Shown in pieces: positions 26,259 through 36,534 of a stretch of DNA of 61,734 nucleotides. How positions within the stretch are numbered: position 1 is the first letter of the stretch; every line of letters starts with the position of its first letter. This DNA comes from Phycisphaerae bacterium (GTDB lineage Bacteria > Planctomycetota > Phycisphaerae > UBA1845 > PWPN01): the NCBI GenBank assembly GCA_016928855.1, contig JAFGKA010000213.1, forward strand, positions 1-61,734, in the 5' to 3' direction. The translations under genes and the position numbers were made by a program. The notes under the pieces were generated by a model. It saw only the letters and a list, made by a program, of their open reading frames with translations, had not been told where the DNA came from and ran no database searches.

Positions 26259-27301
26259 CGCTTTCGTTTCCCCTGATGCAAGGCCACCACCGCGCCCGTA
26301 TCGACAGACTCCTGGGCCTTCAGGCACATGGCCACGGCCCAGCCACCGTCTTCGCCCGTCACAGAGGGCGGGCGACCATCACCGATCGCCTCGGCCACAT
26401 CCGCGATCTGGTCAGACAGCTCAAATACTTCGCCGGTCGGCTTGGTCAACGGCACTTCCCGGGTAACCTGCCCGTCGAAGTGTTTGAGGACGAACGTAGG
26501 ATTCCAGGTCCGATCCATCACGCCGCCCCAGACGCCCCAGATCGCTCCCTGTGATCCGGTGACCTTGAGCGTCAGATGGTGCTCATAGGCACTGAGCGTT
26601 TGCGAGATCACGGCAAAACGGCCATCGGGGAAGTTCATGATGGCCGCGAAGTTGTCCTGCAACTCCGGACATTCAGTTCGCCGCGCGCTGGCACGGGCAT
26701 AAACCGAAACCGGATCTCCCCATTTCGCCAGGTACCACCGGGCCAGATCGAAAAAGTGGATCGGCTCTTCGAGGATCCAGTTCCCCACCCGTGCGATGTC
26801 ATACCGCCAGCCTTGCGACCCCTGGCGATAGGGATTCCGCCACAGTTCGATGTTCACATAGCGGGGATCGCCGATCGAACCGGCATCGATCAGATCTTTG
26901 ATCTGCCGCCACATGCATGAGAAGCGGAACTGGTGCGTGACGCAGAGGCGAAGACCTCTCTCGCGAGCGTTTTCGAGCAGATCATTGCACTGAGCGGTGC
27001 TCAGGGCCATCGGCTTCTCCATCAGCAGATGCCTGCCGGACTCCAGAACGGACCGGCCCGCCTCGTGATGGAGGTCGTTGGGAAGGACAATATCGACCAC
27101 CTCGACTTCCGGCAGGCTGAGCAGTCGTCGGTAATCTGCAACGATCTCGGCGTCTGGATGGGTTTCGTGGGCCTGCCGGCGAGCCTGTTCACCGCAGTCG
27201 GCGATGGCCACGAGTCGCGCCCGCGGACACTGGCTGATCGCCCGGGCATGATGGCTGCCCCAGGCGCCGTACCCGACAAGGCCAAAACCAACTCTGCGCA
27301 T
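26255..27301 (-). CDS. Gfo/Idh/MocA oxidoreductase (cytoplasmic)
   Basis: GLVGYG, HLLMEKP, IHFFD. Confidence 0.9.
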   Translation of the reverse strand: MRRVGFGLVGYGAWGSHHARAISQCPRARLVAIADCGEQARRQAHETHPDAEIVADYRRLLSLPEVEVVDIVLPNDLHHEAGRSVLESGRHLLMEKPMALSTAQCNDLLENARERGLRLCVTHQFRFSCMWRQIKDLIDAGSIGDPRYVNIELWRNPYRQGSQGWRYDIARVGNWILEEPIHFFDLARWYLAKWGDPVSVYARASARRTECPELQDNFAAIMNFPDGRFAVISQTLSAYEHHLTLKVTGSQGAIWGVWGGVMDRTWNPTFVLKHFDGQVTREVPLTKPTGEVFELSDQIADVAEAIGDGRPPSVTGEDGGWAVAMCLKAQESVDTGAVVALHQGKRKR

Positions 27302-27312
27302 ATACCTGCACC

Positions 27313-28776
27313 TCAGACGCTGGGCAACTCGAAACCCTGGCGATACTCGCGAGCAAGCAACCGGTTCGCTTCCTCGTCGGGCTTGCCGTCCTGGGTCAGG
27401 ACTGTTTCACGGTCGCAATCCCACCAGATCTTGTGACCGACCCTCAGGGCGACATTGCCGAGGTGACAGGCGCTCGCGGTCCGATGCCCGATCTCGATCC
27501 CGCAATGGAGATCCTCGATCTTCCGGGAGCGGATGCAGTCCAGGAAGTTCTTGACATGCGGCGGGAGGGTATCATTGCCCGGCTTCTTGACGGCAAGTGT
27601 GCGAGGCGGGATCTTTGTCACCTTGCGGGTGCGATGTCTGGGGTTGTCGAGATCGACCTGCGTGTCCTCGGGCGTAACCTCCCAGCCGCCACGATTGATG
27701 AACAGGGAACCGTCGGAGCCGTGGAATTCGGTCCCATAGCTCTCCTGCACATTGCCCCGGTGGTACACCTTGCCCATCGTGTACACTTGGGTAAACAGGT
27801 GGCCGTCCGGCGCCTTGTATTCGTAGACCACGTCCATCATGTCCGGGGTCTCGCGGTTGTCTTTGAGCGCGCGTTTGTAGCCTTCGCCCTCGCGACAGAG
27901 AGGGCCATGCGCCACTGTCGGCCCGAACGCCGTGACGGACAATGGGGCATCCACCTGCATACCCCAGTGGATGATGTCCTGGATGTGTACGTTCCAGTCG
28001 CAGATCATGCCGCCGCCGTAGTCGTAAAAGAAACGCCAGCTCCAATGGAAGCGGTTTGGGTTGAATGCCCGCTTGGGCGCCGCCCCCAGCCACATGTCGT
28101 AGTCCACTTCTGCGGGCGGGTCCGTATCCGGCGGACTGCCGATGCCGTCCGGCATCTCATTAGCATAGTTGAAAGTCGCGGTGCGCGAGATCACGCCCAA
28201 CGGGCTGCCCGCGCGGAGGTACTCCATCGCCTCGCGAAAGTGCGGATCGCTCCGCTGCTGCATCCCGACCTGCACGATTCGCTTGTACTTCCTCGCCGCT
28301 TCGACCATGGCCCGGCCTTCGCGGATATTGTGCGAGGCGGGCTTCTCGACGTACACGTCCTTGTTCGCCGCGCAGGCGAGGATCATCACCGTGGCGTGCC
28401 AGTGGTCGGGCGTGCCGACGACCACAACGTCGATGTCCTTCCGGTCGATAACCCTGCGAAAATCCTGATAGACGTCGGGCTTGCTCTCGAACTTCCCGTT
28501 ATACGCCTTGGCGGCGGCGTCTGATTGCCGCTTGTCGACATCGCAGAGAGCAACCAGTTCGAGGCCGGCGCCGCCGACCTCCAGCATCGCGTGCATGTCG
28601 GCGCGGCCCTGGCCGCCACAGCCGACCAACGCCGCGCGCAGCCTTTCATTGGCGCCCAGCGGGCCCGGAGCCGCCAGTGTGCCGCGGGGCATGAAGTACG
28701 GCGCTGAGACCGCAAGGGATGCGGCCGCGCCGCGTTTGAGCAGGGTTCTTCGGGAAACGCCATCTCGTTGTACCAT
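27313..28776 (-). CDS. Tat-exported Gfo/Idh/MocA oxidoreductase
   Basis: SRRTLL; VGCGGQG, TPDHWH, DVYVEKP, YDMWLG. Confidence 0.9.
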   Translation of the reverse strand: MVQRDGVSRRTLLKRGAAASLAVSAPYFMPRGTLAAPGPLGANERLRAALVGCGGQGRADMHAMLEVGGAGLELVALCDVDKRQSDAAAKAYNGKFESKPDVYQDFRRVIDRKDIDVVVVGTPDHWHATVMILACAANKDVYVEKPASHNIREGRAMVEAARKYKRIVQVGMQQRSDPHFREAMEYLRAGSPLGVISRTATFNYANEMPDGIGSPPDTDPPAEVDYDMWLGAAPKRAFNPNRFHWSWRFFYDYGGGMICDWNVHIQDIIHWGMQVDAPLSVTAFGPTVAHGPLCREGEGYKRALKDNRETPDMMDVVYEYKAPDGHLFTQVYTMGKVYHRGNVQESYGTEFHGSDGSLFINRGGWEVTPEDTQVDLDNPRHRTRKVTKIPPRTLAVKKPGNDTLPPHVKNFLDCIRSRKIEDLHCGIEIGHRTASACHLGNVALRVGHKIWWDCDRETVLTQDGKPDEEANRLLAREYRQGFELPSV

Positions 28777-28867
28777 GGTCTGACCTCGCAATTGTCTCGT
28801 CTTCCTGACTGGAGGTGATACCGGCCCATGGATGTTGTCTTGCGTGCGCCCGGGCCGATCGGCCCAG

Positions 28868-30361
28868 TTACCGCAAGACCTCACACAGCGTCACGTCCGG
28901 CGTCGGCCTGACGAACGCGAAGGGCAACGAAGGCGTGCAGAGACCCGGCACCGCCTGCCCGCCGTGGTACATCCCCATGCCGTAGTAATTCCCGAACACC
29001 TCGTGCAACACGTTTCCCACGTGCGCGCGCGTCACCGCCACGTGATGCGGGAAGTGCCGCAGCAAGATATCGCGATACATGTGCGGCAACCCGTGGAGAC
29101 GACACCAGCCGTACGCCCCAAAGGTGTTCGCTGAGTTGTCCTCGAATCGGCCCTGACCCAGAAATACCTTCCAGCCCTCGCCCGGCATGCCCTGGGTTAT
29201 GCGGCAGACCGTGGCCGGACCTTCGCGGACGACCAGTTCCAGCACACCAGTGGATTTGTCCGTCCCGATGTGCCTGCTCATGATCCCCTGGGCCGCCATC
29301 GTTGGCCGGCTCTTTCCGAATGACGGGGGGTACACGCCGCAGTGCCAGAGATTGACCAGCTCCGGGTCGTCATTGTGCAAGTTGTTCCAATCCAGCAGGG
29401 CCGCCGGCGAATCCGCCGCGAGTTGCAGGGCGTACATCGACAGGGCGCCGAGCACATCGGACTCGCAGGCGTGCGGAATCCCGCGATCGCCCATTCGCGC
29501 CATGACGCCGCAGGCCACAATTCCGTAGTTCAGTTGCAGGGAGTTCCAGCACTGGACAGCCACGGCATCGAGTTCCGCCTGCTTGATCAGGTCATCCAGA
29601 GCTCGCTCGAACTTGGCAATCCTCAGCAGGATCTCGTCAGCTACTGCAGCGGTGTCCGCGCAAGACCGGATGCTGTCAAGCTTGTTGCGAACCTCGGCGT
29701 CATCGTCGCTTAATCGCGAAATGGCCCCCAGGACCTCTGACAGATCCTTGGGGACAACGGTCACTCCAATCTGCTGCAGCATCTTCTCGTCGCATCGGCA
29801 GGTCCAGAAAGCCTCCGGCCGCGGCCCGATCTGTCCGATCCGGCAGCCGCGGAGGCCCTTGAGTACCCGGCATACGCGAGCAAAGTGGTCCACCTCCGTG
29901 TGGAACTGTTCATCCGTCGGCAGGCAGATCGGCGTCTGGGCGACCGTGTAACGCACCCCGATCTGACGCATGGCCTCGGCGATGGAAAGAAGGCCGCAGA
30001 AGGCGTCCCGCCGCTTCATCCCGGCATGCAGCGCCTCTTCTTCCTGGCAACCGTAGATCAGGACAGGCACGTTGGCTCCGCAGCTCTGAACCGCGGTCGC
30101 GATGCCTTGTTCGTCTCCAAAGTTGACCGCGCCCACCAGAATCCCGTCAACACCTTCGCGACGGAAGAGTCCCCCGCACCGGTGGCCTTCGTCCCGGTTC
30201 TTGACGCAGCCGACGTCGGTCATTGTTTCGTCCGGGACCACCGCGTCGATTTCCAGGCTGGCGAGCACAGCCAGCGTCTCGCGGCGGGCCTTGGCGGCCA
30301 TTTCGGTGGAGAAGTAACGTCGGTTGGCAGGTATGAACCCGAGCTTCACCTTCGACGTCAT
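28868..30361 (-). CDS. L-fucose/L-arabinose isomerase family protein (possible sulfoquinovose isomerase)
   Basis: NFGDE, RRDAFCGLLS, AVQCW, ACESD, WHCG, FPHHVA. Confidence 0.82.
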   Translation of the reverse strand: MTSKVKLGFIPANRRYFSTEMAAKARRETLAVLASLEIDAVVPDETMTDVGCVKNRDEGHRCGGLFRREGVDGILVGAVNFGDEQGIATAVQSCGANVPVLIYGCQEEEALHAGMKRRDAFCGLLSIAEAMRQIGVRYTVAQTPICLPTDEQFHTEVDHFARVCRVLKGLRGCRIGQIGPRPEAFWTCRCDEKMLQQIGVTVVPKDLSEVLGAISRLSDDDAEVRNKLDSIRSCADTAAVADEILLRIAKFERALDDLIKQAELDAVAVQCWNSLQLNYGIVACGVMARMGDRGIPHACESDVLGALSMYALQLAADSPAALLDWNNLHNDDPELVNLWHCGVYPPSFGKSRPTMAAQGIMSRHIGTDKSTGVLELVVREGPATVCRITQGMPGEGWKVFLGQGRFEDNSANTFGAYGWCRLHGLPHMYRDILLRHFPHHVAVTRAHVGNVLHEVFGNYYGMGMYHGGQAVPGLCTPSLPFAFVRPTPDVTLCEVLR

Positions 30362-30444
30362 GTCCGCAGACTCCTCGCTTGTGCGGCGGGCATCGCCGCG
30401 CCCCATACGGCCTCCACGTTCCCTGTAACCGATGCCTCGCCACG

Positions 30445-30509
30445 TGTCAAGACAAATATTCAAAATCGTATAAATACGGTTGACAGCCGCCGGCATCTGT
30501 TGTTATATT
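30445..30509. promoter_or_regulatory. Divergent promoter region with palindromic operator candidate
   Basis: TTGACA on both strands (30445-30450 minus, 30480-30485 plus), TATATT at 30504; CGTAT-AA-ATACG palindrome at 30467-30478. Confidence 0.6.
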
Positions 30510-30522
30510 CCGTGTAATAACC

Positions 30523-31653
30523 GTGATGAGGATCCCGGTGGCAGGTGCACATATTTCTGATAGTGAAAATCTAAAACGCCATCGCCTCCTGCGGCAGATT
30601 CGCCGACTGGGCCAGGCCAGGCGTCTGGAGTGTTCTCGCTCCCTTCGAATCAGCAACGCGCGGGTATGCGATCTGATCCAACAGATGCTGGACCAGAAAC
30701 TGTTGATTGAGGACGGAGACGGAAGCGAGCGACGAGGGCGGAAGGGTTCGCCCGTGCGGCTGAACCCGAATTACGGTCATCTGGTCGGCTTCGACGTGGA
30801 GGCTAAGCGTCTCCGACTGGTTGCCACCAACTTCTCCGGCGACACGGTCTGGGAAACGCACCAGAAGCTGATACCTCCCGCGGATCGCCGCAAACTGATC
30901 GACGTGATCCTCAGCTTCATTGACAAAGGCCTGAGGGAAATCCGCGGCCGATTCCGCCGTGTGCTGGGGATCGGTTTGGCGGCCAACGGGATCATCGACG
31001 TCCGGCGCGGTGTGATTCTCCACTATGACCTGGTTCCGGCGGCAAGGGATATACCGCTGCGCGACCTCGTCGCGGGCCAGACGAATCTGCCGTGCTGCAT
31101 GGACAACAACATACGGGTCCTGACGCTCGCAGAATGGATGAGGGGAGCGGCGCAGCATCTGCACACCTTCGTCTGCCTAGCCGTCCGAAGCGGCGTGGGG
31201 GCCGGAATCGTAATGGACGGCAAACTGTATGTCGGCAGCCATGGCTTCGCCGCGGAGCCTGGTTATACGCCGGTAACCTTCGGGCAGGACGCGAGGCAGT
31301 GGAAGCATCTGCATAACGTCGTGTCCGAGATCGCGCTCGGGGTGGACGTCGAGGCCGCCGACTTCAAGCTCAGCGTGGGCAAGGCCCGTCGCGCGGGTGA
31401 GTTGCTGGGGGCTTATCTGGCCACCATTGCGGCGTTGCTCGACCCGCAAGCCATCGTGCTGGCCGGCGGCCTTGTTCGGCCGGATGGGCCGCTTTGGGAT
31501 CCGATGGTCCGGGTGTTTCGGCAGACGGTGGTCCCAGAGCTGGCGGATCGGGTGCAGATTCTGCCCGCTCGACTCGGTCCCTACGCAGCCGCTATCGGGG
31601 CGGCGCATCGTTGTTTTGAGATGCTCTACCCGGTGGAGGTGACCGGCGCCTGA
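30523..31653 (+). CDS. ROK family transcriptional regulator
   Basis: N-terminal HTH, GRKG..V.LNP, GIGLA, MDNN, GVGAGIV..G, IGAA. Confidence 0.9.
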   Translation: MMRIPVAGAHISDSENLKRHRLLRQIRRLGQARRLECSRSLRISNARVCDLIQQMLDQKLLIEDGDGSERRGRKGSPVRLNPNYGHLVGFDVEAKRLRLVATNFSGDTVWETHQKLIPPADRRKLIDVILSFIDKGLREIRGRFRRVLGIGLAANGIIDVRRGVILHYDLVPAARDIPLRDLVAGQTNLPCCMDNNIRVLTLAEWMRGAAQHLHTFVCLAVRSGVGAGIVMDGKLYVGSHGFAAEPGYTPVTFGQDARQWKHLHNVVSEIALGVDVEAADFKLSVGKARRAGELLGAYLATIAALLDPQAIVLAGGLVRPDGPLWDPMVRVFRQTVVPELADRVQILPARLGPYAAAIGAAHRCFEMLYPVEVTGA

Positions 31654-31777
31654 TGTGCCTCACGGTGCGACGCCGGCGCTGGAACAAATACATGCGATTG
31701 AGTAACGCCCTGATCTGTACGTTCCACGCCGACGGGAAAGCCAACTGAGTCCGCGGGCTTCTTGAAAGGTCAATGTC

Positions 31778-32902
31778 GTGTTCAGTTTTCAATATCACTC
31801 GCCTGTGCAGATCTGCTTCGGGTACGGCGCGCGCGACACGCTGGGCGAAGTCGCCGGCCGGTTGGGCGGTAAGGGTTTTCTGGTGGTCGACCCTGGCGTG
31901 GCGTCCTCACCGCTGTTCAAGGCGTACATCGAGTCGCAGACCGCTCTGCTGGCGGGCTGCTTCGATAAGGTCGAGCCAAACCCCAGCGTCGGTTGCGTCT
32001 CACGCATCGCGGCGCAGATTCGCTCGACAGGCGCAGGATTTGTCGTGGCCCTCGGAGGGGGCAGCACGATCGACGCCGCCAAGGCCGCAGCCCTGTCGGC
32101 CGGGGGTTCGCCCATCGAGGAATACCATTCCGGCCGCCGTCCGGCGGGTGAGAACGCCTTGCCGGTGATCGCCATGCCAACCACGGCCGGCACCGGCAGC
32201 GAGGTCACCGCGGTCTCCGTGCTCACGGACCCCGCCCGGGGCGTGAAGGCTCCCATCGGCGGGCCGGCGCTCCTGCCGCGCGTGGCCATCGTCGACCCCG
32301 AGTGGACCGTGTCCGTTCCGCCGACAGTCACGGCCGCCACCGGCATGGACGCGCTGAGTCATGCCCTGGAGGCCTATTGGGGCGTCCACGCCCAACCCAT
32401 TTGCGACGCGCTCGCGGAGAAGGCGGCTTGGCTGATCCTGGATTCGCTGGAGCAGGCGTACGCCAACGGCTCGGACCGCGACGCCCGCGAAAAGGTTGCA
32501 CTGGGCAGCCTGCTTGCCGGCCTTGCATTTGCCGCACCCAAGACCGCCGCGGTGCATGCCTGTTCGTTCCCACTTACGCAGCGATTCAGACTCCCCCACG
32601 GTGTGGCCTGCGCCCTGACCTTGGACCGTTTCCTCGAGTACAATACCCTGGCGCTGCCCGAGAAACTGGCCCACCTCGCCCGGCAATTGGGTCTTGAGGG
32701 TGTGCCGGCGCTGGCGGCGCGAATCCGGACGATGAAGCGGAACATGTCACTGCCCACCACCCTCGCTGACGTGGGCATCCATGAGCAGAATCTGCCGGCA
32801 CTTGTCGCTGAGAGTTTTCATCCCAACATGCGGAACAATCCCCGCGAAGTGACCCCTGCGGATTTGATGGCGATCTATTCGTCCCTCCAGGAGACCCACT
32901 GA
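31778..32902 (+). CDS. Iron-containing alcohol dehydrogenase
   Basis: GGGSTIDAAK, PTTAGTGSEVT, GMDALSHALE, PHGVAC. Confidence 0.92.
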   Translation: MFSFQYHSPVQICFGYGARDTLGEVAGRLGGKGFLVVDPGVASSPLFKAYIESQTALLAGCFDKVEPNPSVGCVSRIAAQIRSTGAGFVVALGGGSTIDAAKAAALSAGGSPIEEYHSGRRPAGENALPVIAMPTTAGTGSEVTAVSVLTDPARGVKAPIGGPALLPRVAIVDPEWTVSVPPTVTAATGMDALSHALEAYWGVHAQPICDALAEKAAWLILDSLEQAYANGSDRDAREKVALGSLLAGLAFAAPKTAAVHACSFPLTQRFRLPHGVACALTLDRFLEYNTLALPEKLAHLARQLGLEGVPALAARIRTMKRNMSLPTTLADVGIHEQNLPALVAESFHPNMRNNPREVTPADLMAIYSSLQETH

Positions 32903-32903
32903 C

Positions 32904-33749
32904 GTGTGTGAGTTCAAGAAGGAAGAGTTCGACAGGCTGGCCGCCGAGTGGCGATACATCATCACCGACATGATCTGCAGGGCGGGGTCCGGCCATTTGG
33001 GCGGGGCGCTCAGCCTCGTCGAGATCGTGATGACCCTCTACAGGCGGGTGATGAGGATTGCCCCCGAGAATCCCGAGTGGCCCCAGCGCGACCGGCTGAT
33101 AGTCTCCAAGGGCCATGCCGGCCCGGTGGTGTACATCGCCCTGGCGCACGCGGGTTTCTTTCCGGCCAACTGGCTGAAGACGCTCAACGCCGACGGAACG
33201 CGCCTACCCAGCCACTGCGACCAGAGCCGCACACCCGGTATCGACATGACCACCGGATCGCTTGGCCAGGGCCTGTCGTGCGCGTGTGGCCTGGCCCTGG
33301 CCGGCAGGATGGATGGCAAAAAGCACCGCCTCTTCTGCATTGTCGGCGACGGCGAATGCCAGGAGGGCCAGATCTGGGAGGCGGCCATGTTCGCCGGTCA
33401 CCACAAGCTCGACAACCTCGTGGCGATCACCGACTACAACCAGCTCCAGATCGACGGTTTCGTCAAGGATATCAACACGCTCGAACCGCTGGTCGCCCGC
33501 TGGCGGGCCTTCGGCTGGGAAGTGTTCGAGATCAACGGCCACGACTGGGATGACATCTACAACGGGCTTAACAAAGGCATCGCGGTCACCGGCAAGCCCG
33601 CGATGATCATCGCCCACACAATCAAGGGCAAGGGTTGCCGCGAAATCGAGAACAAGCCTGAAAGCCACAACATCAAGATTGCGGATGCCGCAGCCTATCA
33701 GAAATACATGAATGCCCTGGAAGTAACCGACGTTACACTCCCATATTGA
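32904..33749 (+). CDS. Transketolase, N-terminal (ThDP-binding) subunit
   Basis: SGHLGG, SKGHA, TTGSLGQG, GDGECQEGQIWEA. Confidence 0.93.
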   Translation: MCEFKKEEFDRLAAEWRYIITDMICRAGSGHLGGALSLVEIVMTLYRRVMRIAPENPEWPQRDRLIVSKGHAGPVVYIALAHAGFFPANWLKTLNADGTRLPSHCDQSRTPGIDMTTGSLGQGLSCACGLALAGRMDGKKHRLFCIVGDGECQEGQIWEAAMFAGHHKLDNLVAITDYNQLQIDGFVKDINTLEPLVARWRAFGWEVFEINGHDWDDIYNGLNKGIAVTGKPAMIIAHTIKGKGCREIENKPESHNIKIADAAAYQKYMNALEVTDVTLPY

Positions 33750-33805
33750 GGCTGCCGTCGACCGAACTGGCGAGGAGACCGCACACCGGTTAGCGAGATT
33801 CACAT

Positions 33806-34756
33806 ATGCCTGAGCTTCATGAAATGGAAATGCGTGCCGTTTACGCCCAGACGCTCAACGAGCTGATGGACGTGAATCCCAACGTGCTGTGCCTGGAGGC
33901 GGATCTGAGCAAAGCCTCGGGCACAAATCCGGCCGTAGCCAGGATGCACGCCGAGAACTTCATCAACGTGGGTGTAGCCGAGGCCAACATGGTGTGCATC
34001 GCCGCCGGCCTGGCCCGGGAGGGTAAGATCCCGTTCTGCGCGACCTTCACGTGCTTCGCGGCGCGGCGCGTGTACGACCAAGTGACCATCAGCGTCGCCT
34101 ACGCCAATAACAATGTAAAGATCGTCGGCACCGCGCCGGGCATCACCGCTGGCCCCAACGGCGGCACGCACATGTGCTTCCAGGATCTGGCCATCATGCG
34201 GGCCATGCCCAACATGCATGTGTACAGCCCATGCGATGCCTACGAACTACGCTCCGTCATCCGCCACATGGCTGAGTCGAAACAGCCCACCTACATGCAG
34301 CTCGTTCGCGAGAAGGTCGGGCCAGTGTTTGGCGAGGATTATCGGTTCGCTCCTGGCAAGGCCGTCGTGGTCCGAGAGGGGCGCGATGTCACTGTAGTCT
34401 CGACCGGGTATATGACCAGCTTCGCGATCGAGGCGGCGGAAGAGTTGGGCGCCCATGGCGTCAGGACAGAGGTGCTGCACTGTCCTTCGGTCAAACCATT
34501 TGACGTGGAGACCCTCGTGGAATCCGCGCGCAAGACCCACGCAGTGGTCACCATCGAAACTCAGAACGTCATCGGCGGGCTCGGTTCCGCCGTCTGTGAA
34601 ACACTCTCCGAGCACTGCCCGACGCTTACCAGACGCCTGGGCATCCCCGATCGCTTCGGAGAGGTCGCAACCGCGGATTACCTGTTCAACAAACACGGCT
34701 TCGGCGTGAGCCACATCGTGAAGGCCTGCCGGCAGATGATGGAAAGGAAATTCTGA
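33806..34756 (+). CDS. Transketolase, C-terminal subunit
   Basis: NVGVAEANM, GGTHM, SVKPFD, GGLGSAV. Confidence 0.93.
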   Translation: MPELHEMEMRAVYAQTLNELMDVNPNVLCLEADLSKASGTNPAVARMHAENFINVGVAEANMVCIAAGLAREGKIPFCATFTCFAARRVYDQVTISVAYANNNVKIVGTAPGITAGPNGGTHMCFQDLAIMRAMPNMHVYSPCDAYELRSVIRHMAESKQPTYMQLVREKVGPVFGEDYRFAPGKAVVVREGRDVTVVSTGYMTSFAIEAAEELGAHGVRTEVLHCPSVKPFDVETLVESARKTHAVVTIETQNVIGGLGSAVCETLSEHCPTLTRRLGIPDRFGEVATADYLFNKHGFGVSHIVKACRQMMERKF

Positions 34757-35229
34757 TGAAGATGGCCATCGCTTCAACCCGGGCGGGTCTCACCCTCAAG
34801 GATGAACTCATTGCCTTTCTGACCGGACTCGGCCACAAGGTGGACGACTTGGGCATGAAGGTCGGGGGAGAGTTTGTTCCCTATTACGAGTCGGCGGCCC
34901 GCGTGGCTGCGGCGGTGAGCCGTGGTGAGTACCCCCGTGCAATCGTCGTCTGCGGCACAGGAGCCGGTAGCGCGATCGTGGCCAACAAGTTCAAAAACGT
35001 CTACGCCGTCCATGCCAGCAGCGAGTATGAAGGGCGGCGGGCCACCATGATCAACAATGCCAACATTCTGGCCCTCGGTGAGTGGGTCACTCCGCCTCAG
35101 CATGCAAAGGAGATCGTGAAGGGCTGGCTGGACGCAACGTTCGGCGAGGGCTTCGAGCCAGACTGGCAGGGATTCCTTGCGAAAGCCTGCGAGGAAGTGA
35201 AGACGATCGAAGCCCGGAACATGGCATGA
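34756..35229 (+). CDS. RpiB/LacA/LacB family sugar isomerase
   Basis: VVCGTGAGSAIVANK, NNANILALG; the usual N-terminal DH motif is replaced by STR. Confidence 0.88.
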   Translation: MKMAIASTRAGLTLKDELIAFLTGLGHKVDDLGMKVGGEFVPYYESAARVAAAVSRGEYPRAIVVCGTGAGSAIVANKFKNVYAVHASSEYEGRRATMINNANILALGEWVTPPQHAKEIVKGWLDATFGEGFEPDWQGFLAKACEEVKTIEARNMA

Positions 35230-35954
35230 ACGAAGTTCTGCTATTCACTGTGATTGCTTGCATCGGCATCCTGGTCCAGTCCTTTGCCGGTTTCGCCGGA
35301 TCCCTGACCGCGATCCCGCTCTTCTCGCTGTTTTTGCCGCCCAGAGAGGCGATACCGGCTTTCAACATGGTCATGCTGCTGGTAGACGCATGGCTGGTAT
35401 TCGAAGCGCGCCGGTATATCCAGTGGGGTCGCGTGGGCAGGCTGATGGTCGGCGCAGTCGCGGGGATTCCTATCGGGGCTTACGGGCTCAAGTACCTGCC
35501 GACCCACGTGCTTGGACTGATCATCAGCATCGTCACGCTCATCTTCGCGATCCTTTTCCTGCTCAAGATCAGGATCAACCTCAAGGAGAACGCGGGCACA
35601 CAGATGTGCGTCGGCCTGCTGAGCGGGTTCCTTGGCGGAAGCATCTCGGAATCGGGCCCCCCGGTAGTCATCTATGGTCTGGCGCGCGACTGGGACAAGA
35701 ATGCATTCCGGACGACCCTCCTGACCTATTTTACCTGCCTGTGTGTGCTGGCCCTCTTATGCTACTGGCAACTTGGGCTGCTGTCGGGAAAGAGCCTGTC
35801 TACGTTCTCGGCCGCAATCATTCCATGCTTTCTCGCCGCCATCTTCGGCTTGGTGTTCAAGAACCGGGTGGGCGAGGCCACGTTTCGCAGGGCCGTCCTG
35901 GCGGTCATTATCATGGTCAGCCTGATCGGACTCATCCGATCGCTCTGGATGTAA
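35226..35954 (+). CDS. TauE/SafE family exporter
   Basis: VQSFAGFAGSL, SGFLGGSISESGPP; ATGA overlap with the rpiB-like gene. Confidence 0.86.
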   Translation: MNEVLLFTVIACIGILVQSFAGFAGSLTAIPLFSLFLPPREAIPAFNMVMLLVDAWLVFEARRYIQWGRVGRLMVGAVAGIPIGAYGLKYLPTHVLGLIISIVTLIFAILFLLKIRINLKENAGTQMCVGLLSGFLGGSISESGPPVVIYGLARDWDKNAFRTTLLTYFTCLCVLALLCYWQLGLLSGKSLSTFSAAIIPCFLAAIFGLVFKNRVGEATFRRAVLAVIIMVSLIGLIRSLWM

Positions 35955-36092
35955 CAACCCGACAGAGACCGTAGCCTTGGAAATCACTGAGAGAGAATGC
36001 CAATGAACCCATGGCATGATGGTCTTCAGGCGTTCCCGCTCGCCCTGACATCCAGCCCGATACGCTGGGCGTCGTCGAGACCAAAGCTGAGC

Positions 36093-36440
36093 CTGCCCGA
36101 ACACGTTTCGAGCGATGTCGACGAGATTGTCTACGTGAGATGTGTGCGGCAAATCGTTGGCGGCGAAGATGAGCGTCTTCGGGAAACGACCGGTCTCGCG
36201 CTCGTGCTCTTAAGTATGCTTGCGAATTTCTTCGAGGATCTTTCGGTTCGAGTCGGGTGACGTGACCTTGTGCTCGACCTCCGGCGCCTCAAACTGTCGC
36301 TCGTCCTCCAGCAAATCCAGTTATTCTGAACCCCTTTCCGGATCCACGATGCCTGCCTGCTCACCTGCACTCAGAAACACGCCGTTCATACGCACGTCCG
36401 AGCGAACGTCGACGACATCGTAGTCGACGAGGTACGCTCC
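36093..36440 (-). pseudogene. hsdR: Internal fragment of a type I restriction subunit (HsdR-like helicase) with two in-frame stops
   Basis: Manual translation: AYLVDYDVVDVRSDVRMNGVFL...E*LDLLEDERQF...DSNRKILEEIRKHT*EHERETGRFPKTLIFAANDLPHTSHVDNLVDIARNVFG; stops at 36321-36323 and 36210-36212. Confidence 0.7.
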
Positions 36441-36534
36441 GCGGGTATGCGCGCGGCTGCGCGAGGCACGGGGCACGCTCGGGATACTTCTCGTGACCCC
36501 TGAAACCGAAAGGATTTAGCCCGTTATCTACGAT

